Positions 45,827-58,429 of a DNA stretch of 64,000 nt are shown here, in pieces. Where the stretch lies: NCBI RefSeq assembly GCF_006345805.1, contig NC_043026.1, positions 4,836,001 through 4,900,000 on the forward strand, in the 5' to 3' direction. The first letter of the stretch is position 1. Every line of letters starts with the position of its first letter. The position numbers and the translations under genes were made by a program. Below the pieces are notes generated by a model. The model did not search any database. It was given only the letters and a program-made list of their open reading frames with translations, and was not told where the DNA came from. Source of the DNA: Octopus sinensis. Lineage: Eukaryota.

Positions 45827-48826
45827 AAGGCCTGGAAGAACGGTGGTAGCAGGGAAGGGTATCAGACTGCCAGAAGGGAAGCTAGGAGACAGGTCTATCT
45901 AGCCAGAGGGGAAGCAGATAAGAGAAAATTTGCCAATGTCCTGCGCCGTGAGGATGAAAGACTTGAGGTATTTCGTGTTGCAAGACAGTGTGGGAGAGAG
46001 AATCGTGATGTGGTAGGAGAGAAATGTGTTCGCATGGAGGATGGTTCACTTGCGCTAAATGAGGATGCAAAGAGAGAGCTTGGAGACGCCACTATGAAAG
46101 TTACTGAATGAGGAAAATGAATGGGATAAAGAGAGTCTGCCGAATGTTGACCCTACAGAGGGACCAGCTATCCGAGTTGATAGTTCCGTGGTAGCTAAGG
46201 CAATTAGAAGCATGAAGACAGGGAAAGCCCCAGGCCCATCAGGAATTACTGCAGAGATGCTCAAAATATCTGGCAGTGTCGGCTATAACCTAGTCACCCG
46301 TATAGTCAACCAGGTGATACACGAAGGAGTCATACCCAATGACTGGTGCAGCAGCATACTAGTCAACTGCTACAAAGGTAAAGGTGATGCCCTAGATACA
46401 ATAATTACAGAGGTATCAAGCTGTTGGATCAGGTAATGAAGGTTACGGAGAGGGTCATAGCCCAACTAATTAGAGAGAGAGTTAGTTTAGATGAGATGCA
46501 GTTTGGGTTCGTGCCAGGAAAAAGTACCACTGATGCTATATTCCTGGTAAGGCAGCTGCAGGAGAAATACCTAGCCAAAGATAAGCCCCTGTACCTGGCT
46601 TTCGTTGACATGGAGAAAGCTTTTGATAGGGTCCCCCGATCCCTTATCTGGTGGTCAATGAGGAAACTAGGGATAGATGAATGGCTGGTGAGGACTGTGC
46701 AAGCCATGTACAGAGATGCCGTAAGTAAGGTTAGGGTTGGCAACATGTACACAGAAGAATTCAAAGTAGAGGTTGGGGTCCACCAGGGTTCAGTACTCAG
46801 CCCCCTCCTATTTATCATAGTACTCCAGGCAATTACGGAGGAATTCAAGACAGGCTGTCCCTGGGAGCTCCTCTACGCTGACGACCTTGCTCTTATTGCT
46901 GAGTCACTATCAGAACTGGAGGAGAAGTTCCAGGTGTGGAAGGAGGGTTTAGAATCAAGGGGCCTTAGAATCAACCTAGCTAAAACCAAAGTACTAATAA
47001 GTAGAAAGGTAGACAATCCACAAATATCTTCAGGAAGATGGCCTGCTCGATCTGTAGAAAGGTGTGTAGGTAGAAACTCTATAGATGTACCCAGTGTAAG
47101 CTATGGACACATAAGAGGTGCAGCAATGTCAAAGGTACGCTAACTGGGAAGATAGTTTTTGTATGTGGCAGATGCTCGGGAGCATTAACCTCCGAAAATC
47201 TGCAGAAAACAACTTCCGTCACTTTCCAGGGGGAAAAACTAGAAGTAGTTGATAGCTTCCGTTATCTAGGTGACCAAGTCAGTAGTGGGGGTGGGTGCGC
47301 TGAAAGTGTAACTGCTAGAATAAGAATAGCCTGGGCAAAGTTTAGGGAGCTCTTACCTCTGCTGGTGACTAAAGGCCTCTCGCTCAGAGTAAAAGGCAGA
47401 CTGTATGATGCGTGTGTACGAACAGCCATGCTACATGGCAGCGAAACATGGGCTGTGACTTCTGAGGACATGCGTAAGCTCGTGAGGAATGAAGCCAGTA
47501 TGCTCCGATGGATGTGTAATGTCAGTGTACATACTCGACAGAGCGTTAGCACCTTGAGAGAAATGTTGTACCTAAGAAGCATCAGTTGTGGTGTGCAAGA
47601 GAGACGATTGCGCTGGTATGGTCATGTGGCGAGAATGGATGAAGATAGGTGTGTGAGAAAGTGCCAATCCCTAGCAGTTGAGGGAACCCGTGGAAGAGGT
47701 AGACCCAGGAAAACCTGGGACGAGGTGGTGAAGCACGACCTTCGAACTTTAGGCCTCACTGAGGAAATGACCAGAGACCGAGACCTTTGGAAATATTCTG
47801 TACGTGAGAAGACCAGGCAGGACAAGTGAGCCCAGCCCACTTATGAATGCCTTTCCTCCCTTGGACACAAAGACCGGTTGAGGCAAGCGAAGTCGATATA
47901 GAACCTCATCCGACGACAGACACCCATCCCAACCCCCCATGCTTGCGAAGACATGTTGGGGCAAGCGAAATCGAAATCGAAATTGAAACCGAATTGAACC
48001 AGCCAGGATCCCTGGCCTGGTGGTACGTAAAAAGCACTATCCGACTCGGGGCCGTGGCACGTAAAATACTCCAATGCGACCGTACGACAGGCACCCATGC
48101 CAACCCCCTTTGCTTGTGAAGACATGTTGGGGCAAGCGAAATCGAAATCGAAATCGAATTGAACCAGCCAGGATCCCTGGTCTGGTGGTACGTAAAAAGC
48201 ACTATCCGACTCGTGGCCGTGGCACGTAAAATACTCCAATGCGACCGTACGACAGGCACCCTTGCCAACCCCCTTTGCTTGTGAAGACATGTTGGGGCAG
48301 CGAAATCGAAATCGAATTGAACCAGCCAGGATCCCTGGTCTGGTGGTACGTAAAAAGCACTATCCGACTCGTGGCCGTGGCACGTAAAATACTCCAATGC
48401 GACCGTACGACAGGCACCCTTGCCAACCCCCTTTGCTTGTGAAGACATGTTGGGGCAAGCGAAATCGAAATCGAATTGAACCAGCCAGGATCCCTGGTCT
48501 GGTGGTACGTAAAAAGCACTATCCGACTCGTGGCCGATGCCAGCACCGCCTTGACTGGCTTCCGTGCGGTGGCACATAAAATACACCAATCTGACCGTGG
48601 CCGTTGCCAGCCCCGCCTGGCACCTGTGCAGGTGGCACGTAAAAAGCACCCACTACACTCACGGAGTGGTTGGCGTTAGGAAGGGCATCCAGCTGTAGAA
48701 ACATTGCCAAATTAGACTGGAGCCTGGTGCAGCCTTCTGGCTTCCCAGAACCCCGGTCGAACCGTCCAACCCATGCTAGCATGGAGAACGGACGTTAAAC
48801 GACGATGATGATGATGATGATGATGA
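45823..48826 (+). mobile_element. RTE-clade LINE, 5'-truncated, frameshifted, with (GAT)n tail
   Basis: KAPGPSG, DMEKAFDRVPR, GVHQGSVLSPLLF, LLYADDL, RRLRWYGHV in ORFs 46188..46436, 46424..47143 and 47365..47829; tail ggacgttaaacgacgatgatgat. Confidence 0.95.
47920..48535 (+). repeat. Tandem minisatellite (about 160-170 bp, 3.6 copies) inside the RTE 3' UTR
   Basis: catgttgggg at 47952, 48123, 48288 and 48446; period varies with the number of gaaatc hexamers. Confidence 0.92.
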
Positions 48827-48945
48827 TATTCATACGTATACTCACACACACATATATATATTCATAAATATATGTATGTATATATATATATGTATGTATG
48901 TATATATTCATACATTTACTCACACACACACACACCCACACACAT

Positions 48946-51212
48946 ATCATCATCATCATCATCATCATCATTTAGCATTCGCTTTCCATGCTAGCATGTG
49001 TTGGATGGTTCAACTGGGGTCTGGGAAGCCAGAAGGCTGCACCAGGCCCAGTCTGATCTGGCAGTGTTTCTATGGCTGGATGCCCTTCCTAACGCCAACC
49101 ACTCCGTGAGTATAGTGGGTGCTTTTTATGTGCCACCCGCACAGGTGCCAGACGGAGCTGGCAAACGTCCACGGATGGATGGTGCTTTTTACGTGCCACC
49201 GGCACGGGGGCCAGGCGAGGCTGGCAACGGCCACGAACGGATGGTGCTTTTTACGTGCCACCAGCACGGAGGCCAGTCGGGGTGGCGCTGGCAACGGCCA
49301 CGATCGGATGGTTCGCTTACTTGTCACAGGCACTGGTATCACAGCTGCAATTTCCATTGATGTTGATCGACTTCGATTTTGGTTCTGCTTTCTGATATCT
49401 GATTTGATTTGGTTTGATTTTGAATTTGATTTTTTGATTTTTTGATTTTTGATTTTCAATTGCCTCAACGGGTCTTCACAAGTGGAGTTCTGTGTCCCAA
49501 GAAGGAAAGGTATGTATAAGTCGACTGGCTACATACCAGGTAGAGGCCACGGGTTATGGTCTCACTAGTCTTGCTGGGTCTTCTCATGCACAGCATACTT
49601 CCATAGGTCTATGTCTCTAGTCATTTCCTTGGTGAGACCTAAAGTGCTTCACCACCTCATCCCAGGTTTTCCTGGGTCTACCTCTTCCACAGGTTCCCTC
49701 AACTGCTAGGGTGTGGCACTTTTGCACACAACTATCTTCAGCCATTCTCGTCACATGACCATACCAGCGCAGACGTCTCTCTTGCACACCACAACTGATG
49801 CTTCTTAGGTCCAACTTTTCTTTCAAGGTACTTACACTCTATCGATTATGAACACTGACATTACACATCCATCGGAGCATACGGGCTTCATTTCTTGTGA
49901 GCTTACACATATCCTCAGCAGTCACAGCCCATGTTTCACTACCATGTAGCATGGCTGTACGTACACATGCATCATACAATCTGCCTTTTACTCTGAGCGA
50001 GAGGCCTTTTCTCACTAGCAGGGGTAAGAGCTCTCTAAACTTTGCCCAGGCTATTCTTACTCTAGCAGTTACACTTTCAGCACACCCACCCCCGCTACTG
50101 ACTTGGTCACCTAGGTAGCGGAAGCTATCAACTACTTCTAGTTTTTCTCCCTGGAACGTGGTAGAAGTTGGTCTCTGCACATTTTCAGAGTTTATTGCTC
50201 CTGAGCATCTGCCACAGACAAAAACTATTTTCCTAGTTAGCCTTCCTTTGACATTACTGCACCTCTTATGTGTCCATAGCTTACACTTGGTGCACCTTAT
50301 AGAGTTTCTACCTACACCTTTCTTACAGATCGAGCAGGGCCATCTACCTGAAGGCGTTTGTGATTGGTCTACCTTCCTACTTATTAGGACTTTGGTTTTG
50401 GCTAGGTTGATTCTAAGGTCCTTCGATTCTAAACCTTGCTTCCACACCTGAAACTTCTCCTCCAGTTCTGATAGTGACTCAGCAATTAGAGCAAGGTCAT
50501 CAGCATAGAGGAGCTCCCAGGGGCATCCTGTCTTGAATTCCTCTGTTATTGCCTGGAGGACTATGATAAATTGGAGGGGACTGAGGACTGAACCTTGGTG
50601 GACCCCAAACTCTACCCGGAATTCTTCACTGTACTCATTGCCAACCCTCACCTTTCTAGCAGCGTCTCTGTACATGGCTCGCACAGCTCTCACTAACCAT
50701 TCATCTATCCCTAGTTTCCTCATTGACCACCAGATAAGGGATCGGGGGACCCTGTCGAAGGCTTTCTCCATGTCAACAAAAGCCAGGTACCAGGGCTTGT
50801 CTTCCCAGGAATATAGCATCAGTAGTACTGTTCGCTGGCACGAATCCAAACTGCATCTCATCTAAACTAACTCTATCTCTAATTAGTTGGGCTATGACCC
50901 TCTCCGTAACCTTCATTACCTGATCCAACAGCTTGATACCCCTGTAGTTATTTCTATCTAGGGCGTCACCTTTACCTTTGTAGCGGTAGACTATTATGCT
51001 GCTACACCAGTCATTGGGTATGACTCCTTCGTGTATCACCTGGTTAACTATACGGGTGACTAGGCTATAGCCGACCCTGGTAGATATTTTGAGCATCTCT
51101 GCAGTATTTCCTGATGGGCCTGGGACTTACCCTGTTTCCATGCTTGTAATTGCCTTAACTACTAAGGAACTGTCAACTCGGATTGCTGGTCCCTCTGTTG
51201 GTTCGACATTGG
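48946..51212 (-). mobile_element. RTE-clade LINE, 5'-truncated, tail-to-tail with the previous copy
   Basis: ORF 49839..50861 with YADD, PHD-like C4HC3 and FRYLG; (cat)n tail at about 48946-48970. Confidence 0.95.
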
Positions 51213-51244
51213 GATATATATATATATATATGTGTGTGTATGTT

Positions 51245-51447
51245 TGTGTGTCTGTTTGTCCCTCCAACATTGCTTGACAACTGATGCTGGTGTGTTTATG
51301 TCACCGTAACTTAGCGGTTCGGGAAAAGAGATCGATAGAATAAGTACTAGGCTTACAAAGAATAAGTCCTGGGGTCGATTTGCTTGACTAAAGGCGGTGC
51401 TCCAGCATGACCATAGTCAAATGACTGAAACAAATAAAAGAGTAAAG
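51245..51447 (+). mobile_element. SINE family A tail
   Basis: ttgtccctccaacattgcttgacaac...ggcggtgctccagcatg..gactgaaacaaataaaag. Confidence 0.8.
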
Positions 51448-51480
51448 CATTGCACTGGGGTTAATATAATCAAATTTCCT

Positions 51481-52269
51481 GGATCTTTTCCTTTTGAATG
51501 GCACTTTGTAACATAATTTCTAGGTAACTAACAAAGTTTTAAACTTCGTATACTGGTAGAATGTGTTTATAAAACATCATTTTCTCTTGGCTTTATTGAG
51601 AAAATTCTATAGGTTGTAACATATTTCGTCTAAAATTTCTTGCATTTCGGCAATTTTAACCAATCAATTACCTCCATTGACGTAAATAACATTCTGTGCA
51701 TAATGAATATGTCCCTCGTTTAAGAAACAGATTGGGTTTATTTACATTTGGGAAGAAAAAAGATACCCTTCCCCCACCCCTGACCCTAAATCTAAAATAG
51801 ATTGAAATGCAATAGATCGATACTAGGGTTATAATTATGGGTGACAATTTCATATGACACCGCTACGGAAAATGGGATTTTTTTCTAGCAGTGTCAAATG
51901 AAAATGTCACTCATAATTATGGCCCTGGTATTGATCTATTGCATTTCAATCTATTTTAGATTTAGGGTTAGGGTTAGGGGTTGGGGAAGGGTATCTTTTT
52001 TCTTCACAAATGTAAATAAACCCAATCTGTTTCTTAAACGAGGGACATATTCATTATGCACAGAATGTTATTTATGTCAATGGAGGTAATTGATTGGTTA
52101 AAATTGCCGAAATGCAAGAAATTTTAGACGAAATATGTTACAACCTATAGAATTTTCTCAATAAAGCCAAGAGAAAATGATGTTTTATAAACACATTCTA
52201 CCAGTATACGAAGTTTAAAACTTTTTTAGTTACCTAGAAATTATGTTGCCGTTCAAAAGGAAAAGATCC
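51481..52269. mobile_element. 789-bp palindromic non-autonomous DNA element with probable 8-bp TSD
   Basis: GGATCTTTTCC...GGAAAAGATCC termini; arms of about 385 bp are near-identical (ORFs 51668..51853 and 51898..52089 mirror each other); flanks aatttcct and aatttccc. Confidence 0.9.
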
Positions 52270-52823
52270 AATTTCCCAAGGGCTGAAATTTAATGAGATC
52301 CACCCCCAGTGCTCAACTGGTTATTATTTTATTGACCCTGAAAGGATGAAGGGCGAAGTTGACCTTAGCAGCATTCAAACTAAGAACATGAAGCCAAAAG
52401 AAATGCTGCTGGGCATTTTATCCAGCATGGTAATGATTCTAGCCCCTTGCAACCTTAATAATAACAACTACAACAAGAACATCAATATTAATGTTTCCCT
52501 GTATTTCTATGATCAACATTAATACAAAACACTACAATACAAAAAAAAACCCCAAAAAACCACCACCAACAACAAAACCTTGAAGTGTACATAAATATGG
52601 CATGAAGCATGAATGATAAATGATCTCCTGGCAATTAGAAGTAACGATACAATATAGAATAGTTTCTTATAGCCAGAGGATAATACTGTAGCAAATTTGA
52701 ACTCACGACATGGGTTTGTAGTTCAACATTTCAGCCACTTAGCCACCTTGCCACCACACACACACACAAAACGAAAGAAAGAGTACCTCAATACATATAG
52801 TGTTTATATCTATTGAGAAACAC

Positions 52824-52898
52824 CTGATGATTGCCTCTGTTGCTCTTCAGGTGTCTCCCCTCCCCGTGTCCAATGTTGAGTTGACATTCTTTGAATGA
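52824..52898 (-). CDS. Candidate 75-bp phase 1-1 exon (IQRMSTQHWTRGGETPEEQQRQSS)
   Basis: ctttctaccctgtgtag|TC...TCAG|gtgttt; open frame in a GC-richer island between microsatellites. Confidence 0.3.
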
Positions 52899-52969
52899 CT
52901 ACACAGGGTAGAAAGCTAGATCGAGCAACAGAGTGAAAATCATTAGCTGTTTTAATAAATAACTGAATG

Positions 52970-53450
52970 TGTGTATATATAGAGAGAGATAGAGAGATAG
53001 ATAGATACATATGTATATATATATATATATTATATATATATATACACACACACACATAAACATATATATACACACACACATACATATATATACACAGATA
53101 TATATATACATACATATATATATACACACACACACATAAACATATATATACACACACATACATATATATACACAGATATATATACATACATATATATATA
53201 TACACTCACACATATACATACATTTATATATATATAGCGCCCAGATGTACCGTCTAATATACATGCACACACACACATATACATATATACACATATATAT
53301 ATACATACATACATGTATATATATATTATATATATACATACACACACACCTATACATATATATATATATACATACATTTATATATATATATGTAGCAACC
53401 AGATGTACCGTCTAATATATATGCACACACACACATATACATATATACAC

Positions 53451-53481
<31 letters not shown>

Positions 53482-53505
53482 TATACATATATATATATAC
53501 ATACA

Positions 53506-53536
<31 letters not shown>

Positions 53537-53540
53537 GCAC
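52970..53540. repeat. Compound TA/CA microsatellite with three copies of ccagatgtaccgtctaa
   Basis: Motif at about 53240, 53398 and 53541. Confidence 0.85.
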
Positions 53541-54314
53541 CCAGATGTACCGTCTAACCAATGTTGGCAAGGGAGGCAGACTGACCCTGTTACCATGACT
53601 ACTTTGTCTTCCTCTCTCCTGTTTCCATCATTCTCATCCTCCCACAATAAATCCTCCTTCCTTCCATCCATCATGGGGACTCTCTGTTGCTTTTCAAGCA
53701 GCAAGCGAATCCCCGAAATGCTGGTGCCACATAAAGCACCCAACATACTTTAAGTGATTATCTAGGCTTGAGAGGGTTGCTGATGACAAGGCAACATCTA
53801 TAACGCTGGTGCTACTTGAAAGAAAAATGCACTCAGTACACTATGTAAACTGGTTGGTACAAGTCTAGGAATGGCATCAAATTGTAGAAACCATGCCAAA
53901 AGTGAGATATCAAGGCAAGTTGTGATTCTCCAACCTGTTGAAACCTGTCAAACTAACCTACCTGGGTCAGCTGATGAAAACTGATGTAAATTGATAATAT
54001 TATATATATATATATGTGTGTATATATATATATGTGTGTGTATTGGGAGACTTCACGAAGAAAATAAAAGATGAAGACAGGTGGTGTAGAAAACAAACAG
54101 ATGTATTAGTATAACGCTCCTTGTCAGTAAATGTTTTTATATGTATGATAAATAATACATACATGGCAAGTGAAAGATAAAGGGTTCAATCACCAATCAC
54201 CCCCATTAGCTTGTTGGTCTTTTTCAATCTAAAATTAGTGTTTTACATAGGTGTGTCTATATATATATAGGTGACTATATATACATTCATGTATGTGTTT
54301 GTATTTATATACTC

Positions 54315-54684
54315 TTTACTCTTTTACTCTTTTACTTGTTTCAGTCATTTGACTGCGGCCATGCTGGGACTTATTCTTTGTAAGCCCAGTACTTATTCTA
54401 TCGGTCTCTTTTGCCGATCATCTAAGTGACGGGGACGTAAACACACCAGCATCGGTTGTCAAGCAATGCTAGGGGGACAAACACACACACACACACACTC
54501 ATATATATATACACATATATACGACAGGCTTCTTTCAGTTTCCGTCTACCAAATCCACTCACAAGGCATTGGTCGGCCCGGGGCTATAGCAGAAGACACT
54601 TGCCCAAGATGCCACGCAGTGGGACTGAACCCGGAACCATGTGGTTGGTTAGCAAGCTACTTACCACACAGCCACTCCTGCGCC
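54315..54684 (-). mobile_element. Full-length tRNA-derived SINE, family A
   Basis: Reverse complement reads GGCGCAGGAGTGGCTGTGTGGTAAG...GGTTCAGTCCC...CTTGGGCAAGTGTC (CORE-like), microsatellite, then tail. Confidence 0.88.
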
Positions 54685-55899
54685 TATTATAATATGTATG
54701 ATTAGGAAGACTTTTTTTTAGTCTGTTTAATGGCCATGCTGAAAGGGTTGACAGGGTAAACATGAACGAAAGATCTGGTAAAATGGAGATGAGTGAAGGG
54801 GCAATGAACAAGTATCAGAAAGATAGGCAAAGATGAGATTACTTGAAAAATGGTGGGGTTTGGTCTTTGTTTTGCCTATAGATGCAGTAGGGACATGCTA
54901 ATTTGTTTATAGTTGAAAAGGATAGAAATTTCAAGCTTTTTGATTGTTCCTTGTAGCTTTCTTTAAGGGAGTCCTCTTTTCCATTTCAATAATTGTAGCA
55001 TAATAGACCCATGATCAAAGACTTTCCAACCTTACTATATTTAGAACTATATTATTCAATGTGTCTGTTCATATTTTTAAATTGGTAAGATATACCGTGA
55101 GACAATTGGCTGCTATATCTAGCTGGTGTATGTAAATTATTTTGTATTCAATCACTGTAAACTACCTCCTTTTGTTTGTATATAGATCTATTGCCATTTT
55201 ATGTCCTCCCACACTTCCTACTGGTGAAATTAATTGATATTTCAGTATTAAGTTAATTCACTTTATCTTATGAATGCCTCAAATTCAACTGGGGCCATCT
55301 TCACCTTTACTCCTTCCAGGAGTTGTTGTTATTGTTATTATTATTATTGTTATAAAAGCAGCAGAATCAATAGCATTCCAGGCAAAATGCTTAGCAGCAT
55401 TTCATCCGTCTTGATGTTCTGAGTTCAAATCCCACAAAGGTTGACTTTGTCATTCATCCTTTTGGGGTTGATGTAATCAAGTTATTCTCCCCCAGAATTG
55501 CTGGCTTTGAGCCAATATTTGAAATCATTATTATAATTATTACTATTATTATTATTAGTTGTAGTTGTAGTAGTAGTATCAGCAAACAGAGGAGTGCCAG
55601 ACTAAATACTAGACAGTAAGAGAATCTGTACTTCCTCTTTTTGAGGAAGATTCACATATTCCATTGACCAAATGTTCTATTTTCTGTAAACACCTTGGTT
55701 GGCTGGTTACCCTCTTGAGTCATACTGACTCATAAGGGCTGATTTTCTGGTTTCTATGGCACATAAATTCCTCATTTTTGCCAGCTAAGTGAACTGGAGC
55801 AATGTGAAATGAAGTGTTCTGCTCAATAACAAAATGCATTGCCTGGACCAGGAACTGAAACCGCAATCTTATGATCATGAGTGCAACACCCTAACTAAG

Positions 55900-56830
55900 C
55901 CACATGCCTCCTGTAAACATCTGCTGAGGGAAGATTGGGCATGGTGTAGTTGATGATATAGACATGTGCTGAGGTTGTGACATCCACAGCAATTCCCTGA
56001 TGGTGAACAGGTATGGTTGCTGTTTGTCAAATGTATTTTTACACAGCTCTTCTCTTTGACACAGATGCAGAGCTGTGTCAAGCAAAGGCTGAGAGAAGGT
56101 GCTTAGCATCTGGAATGTCACAAAGTACACACAGGCCTTTACCAGCTGGTGGCAGTTCTATGTTGGCATTCTACAGAGGATTAGTGGCACAAAAGCAATG
56201 ATGTTCTTGGGGGTGAGAGAGTCTGGGTATCAACGAAAATTAACTGGCTGGAAATTTCAAAGGATTTTCAGGCCTGGACTCATTGATAATTACTAGAAAT
56301 CCCTGGCCTTGCTTTGCTACCAGGGGTTATTACCAGTTTGAGATAAACTCTGCAGGTCAAGAAGCACCATCAGCTAAACCAGTTTGAGATATGTGCAGAG
56401 CAATGAAACCTTCCTGTACATACTCGTCCCGTGCCTAGGCATTGCTGACTTGTGGAGTTATGTCGAAAACCTACTGTAATGTGTGGGGGGATCCATCTAT
56501 CAGCTGTGTCTGTTGTGAAATTCATCCCACCACTTTCCTTTCTTGGGAAGGACAGGCAATCTTTATTTGTCAGGGGACTTTGGTAAAAGAAGTTGTGTGG
56601 TGGATGAGGTTGAAAGACAGACACTTTCATCAACTTTATCGAGTTTCACTTCAAAGGGAAAATGAGTGTAAAAACGGGAAGTACTGCCTCCCAGTAAATT
56701 TGGTGAAAGGTGGATGTGAGTAGTAAGTAGGGTCTGACTGAGGGAGCTGTCCTGAGCATGCACCTACTGATTGGAAGAGGCCAACGTGAGAGGGCACTTG
56801 TCTTAATGGTCAGGGTAACTATGGTTTTAT
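55900..56830 (-). mobile_element. Highly degraded non-LTR retrotransposon fragment
   Basis: LSFPRKESGGMN resembles the LYLPRKEGG.GL motif downstream of RT in several non-LTR clades; many stops. Confidence 0.3.
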
Positions 56831-57375
56831 GATATTTCCATAAGTAACCCTTAGAAGTCTCTTCTTTTGGAGAATTATACCTTGTTTGAATTTCCTTGTT
56901 TCTGTTATTTTACTTTTTACATGCTTTTATGCAATCCCTTACTGTGTGACATCTTGTAATGTCCCCAATGTTTTTATCAACCTTTATTAGTTAATAAAGA
57001 AAGCATTATTTTAATTATAATTATTATTAGTAGTAATAGTAGTAGTAGGATGGGGGAGTGGTAGAATTCATAGTGCTGATACAACTTGTCTTTCATTCTT
57101 CAAAAACTCAATAATATAAGTAAATACAAACCAATTACTAGAGTTCATCTAATTACACACCACCACTCCCTAAATTAGTCTCTCTCTCTCTCTCTCTCTC
57201 TCTGTAAAAAAAATATCACTGTCATTATCATCATCATCATCATCATCATTATTATCATTATTATTCTGAAGGCAGCAAGCTGGCAGAATTGGATGGAATG
57301 CCGAGAAGCATTTCTTCCAGTTTTAAGTTCTGAGTTGAAATGCTGTTGAGGCTGACCTTGACTTTCATCCTTTAA

Positions 57376-57585
57376 CCCTTTCGTTACCAACCTGGCCCTG
57401 GCTCTCACTACAAATGTCTTGTTTTCATAAGTTCTGAATCAAAATCTTCCACCAAACCTTAGTCACAATTTATTTTCCTAACACTAGCTGAATGATAACT
57501 AAGTTATTTTACTAAATTCTTTGTTATATTTAAAGTAATTGAAAGAAACACAGAGCATCTCAAAATAAATACAGTAACGAAAGGG
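57376..57585. mobile_element. piggyBac-type MITE (210 bp) inserted in a SINE
   Basis: TTAA|CCCTTTCGTTAC ... GTAACGAAAGGG|TTAA: perfect 12-bp TIR with TTAA duplication. Confidence 0.9.
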
Positions 57586-57729
57586 TTAAGGATCATTGAA
57601 ATAAGTCAATGAAATAAGTACCATTTGAGCATTAGGGTTGACATAATCAACTAGCCCTCTTACCCAAAATTTCAGGCCTTGTACCTGAATTAGAAAGAAT
57701 TATTATAATTATAATAATTATTATTATTA

Positions 57730-57910
57730 TCCAAAATGCTTTGCGGTATTTCACCCATCTTTACATTCTGGGTTCGAATTCTGCCAGGATCGACTGCCTT
57801 TCATCCTTTTGGGGTTGATAAATTAAGTACCAGTGAAACACTGGGGTCGATGTAATCGACTATCTCTCTCCCCCAAATTTCAGGCCTTGTGCCTTTAGTA
57901 GAAAGGATTA
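57730..57910 (+). mobile_element. tRNA-derived SINE, family B
   Basis: ttctgggttcgaattctgcc..gcctttcatccttttggggttgataaattaagtacc..caaatttcaggccttgtgcc. Related copies at about 14180-14270, 21085-21515, 43000-43140, 52290-52450 and 55355-55520. Confidence 0.8.
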
Positions 57911-57985
57911 TTATTATTATTATTATTATTATCATCACCAACATCATTTATTGTAGTAGTTAAGGTAGAAGTAGAAATTGTAAAT

Positions 57986-58016
<31 letters not shown>

Positions 58017-58149
58017 AAGCAGCAGCAGTTGTAGTAGTATATTGTTATTCATTTCAAAAACATCTTTATTAAGTGGTATTAAATAATTATCTTATAGGGA
58101 GCAGAAATGCTGATTATGAGATGAGGTGTCTGAGTGCAAGAAAGAGCAA

Positions 58150-58189
<40 letters not shown>

Positions 58190-58365
58190 TGAAATGAATA
58201 GGAGTGAAACACTTGGCAGTCAAAATATTGATGATTTTGACGTGACATTTGTCATTGTTAAAACATTTGACATTTTGCAGTCTTCAAAGTTTATTAAAAA
58301 AAAAAAAAAATCTTTTTTTTTCGCTTTCATATGTTTTACGAATGATGAATTTTGATGACACATCC

Positions 58366-58429
<64 letters not shown>

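Noticed and set aside
45274-46111. Cluster of 130-230 aa ORFs rich in Y/I/C/V/H/T (also 16853-17751, 41351-41677, 52810-53537)
   Set aside because: Translations of TA/TG/CA microsatellites.
47920-48535. CRISPR-like array
   Set aside because: Whole units are repeated with no unique spacers; eukaryotic LINE context.
51962-51980. TTAGGG repeats as a telomere or chromosome-fusion relic
   Set aside because: Only about three units, and they are an internal part of the palindromic element's arms.
55625-55692. Minus-strand exon KIEHLVNGICESSSKRGSTDSLTV*
   Set aside because: Acceptor-like tgtttacag is present but there is no donor and an early stop; insufficient support.
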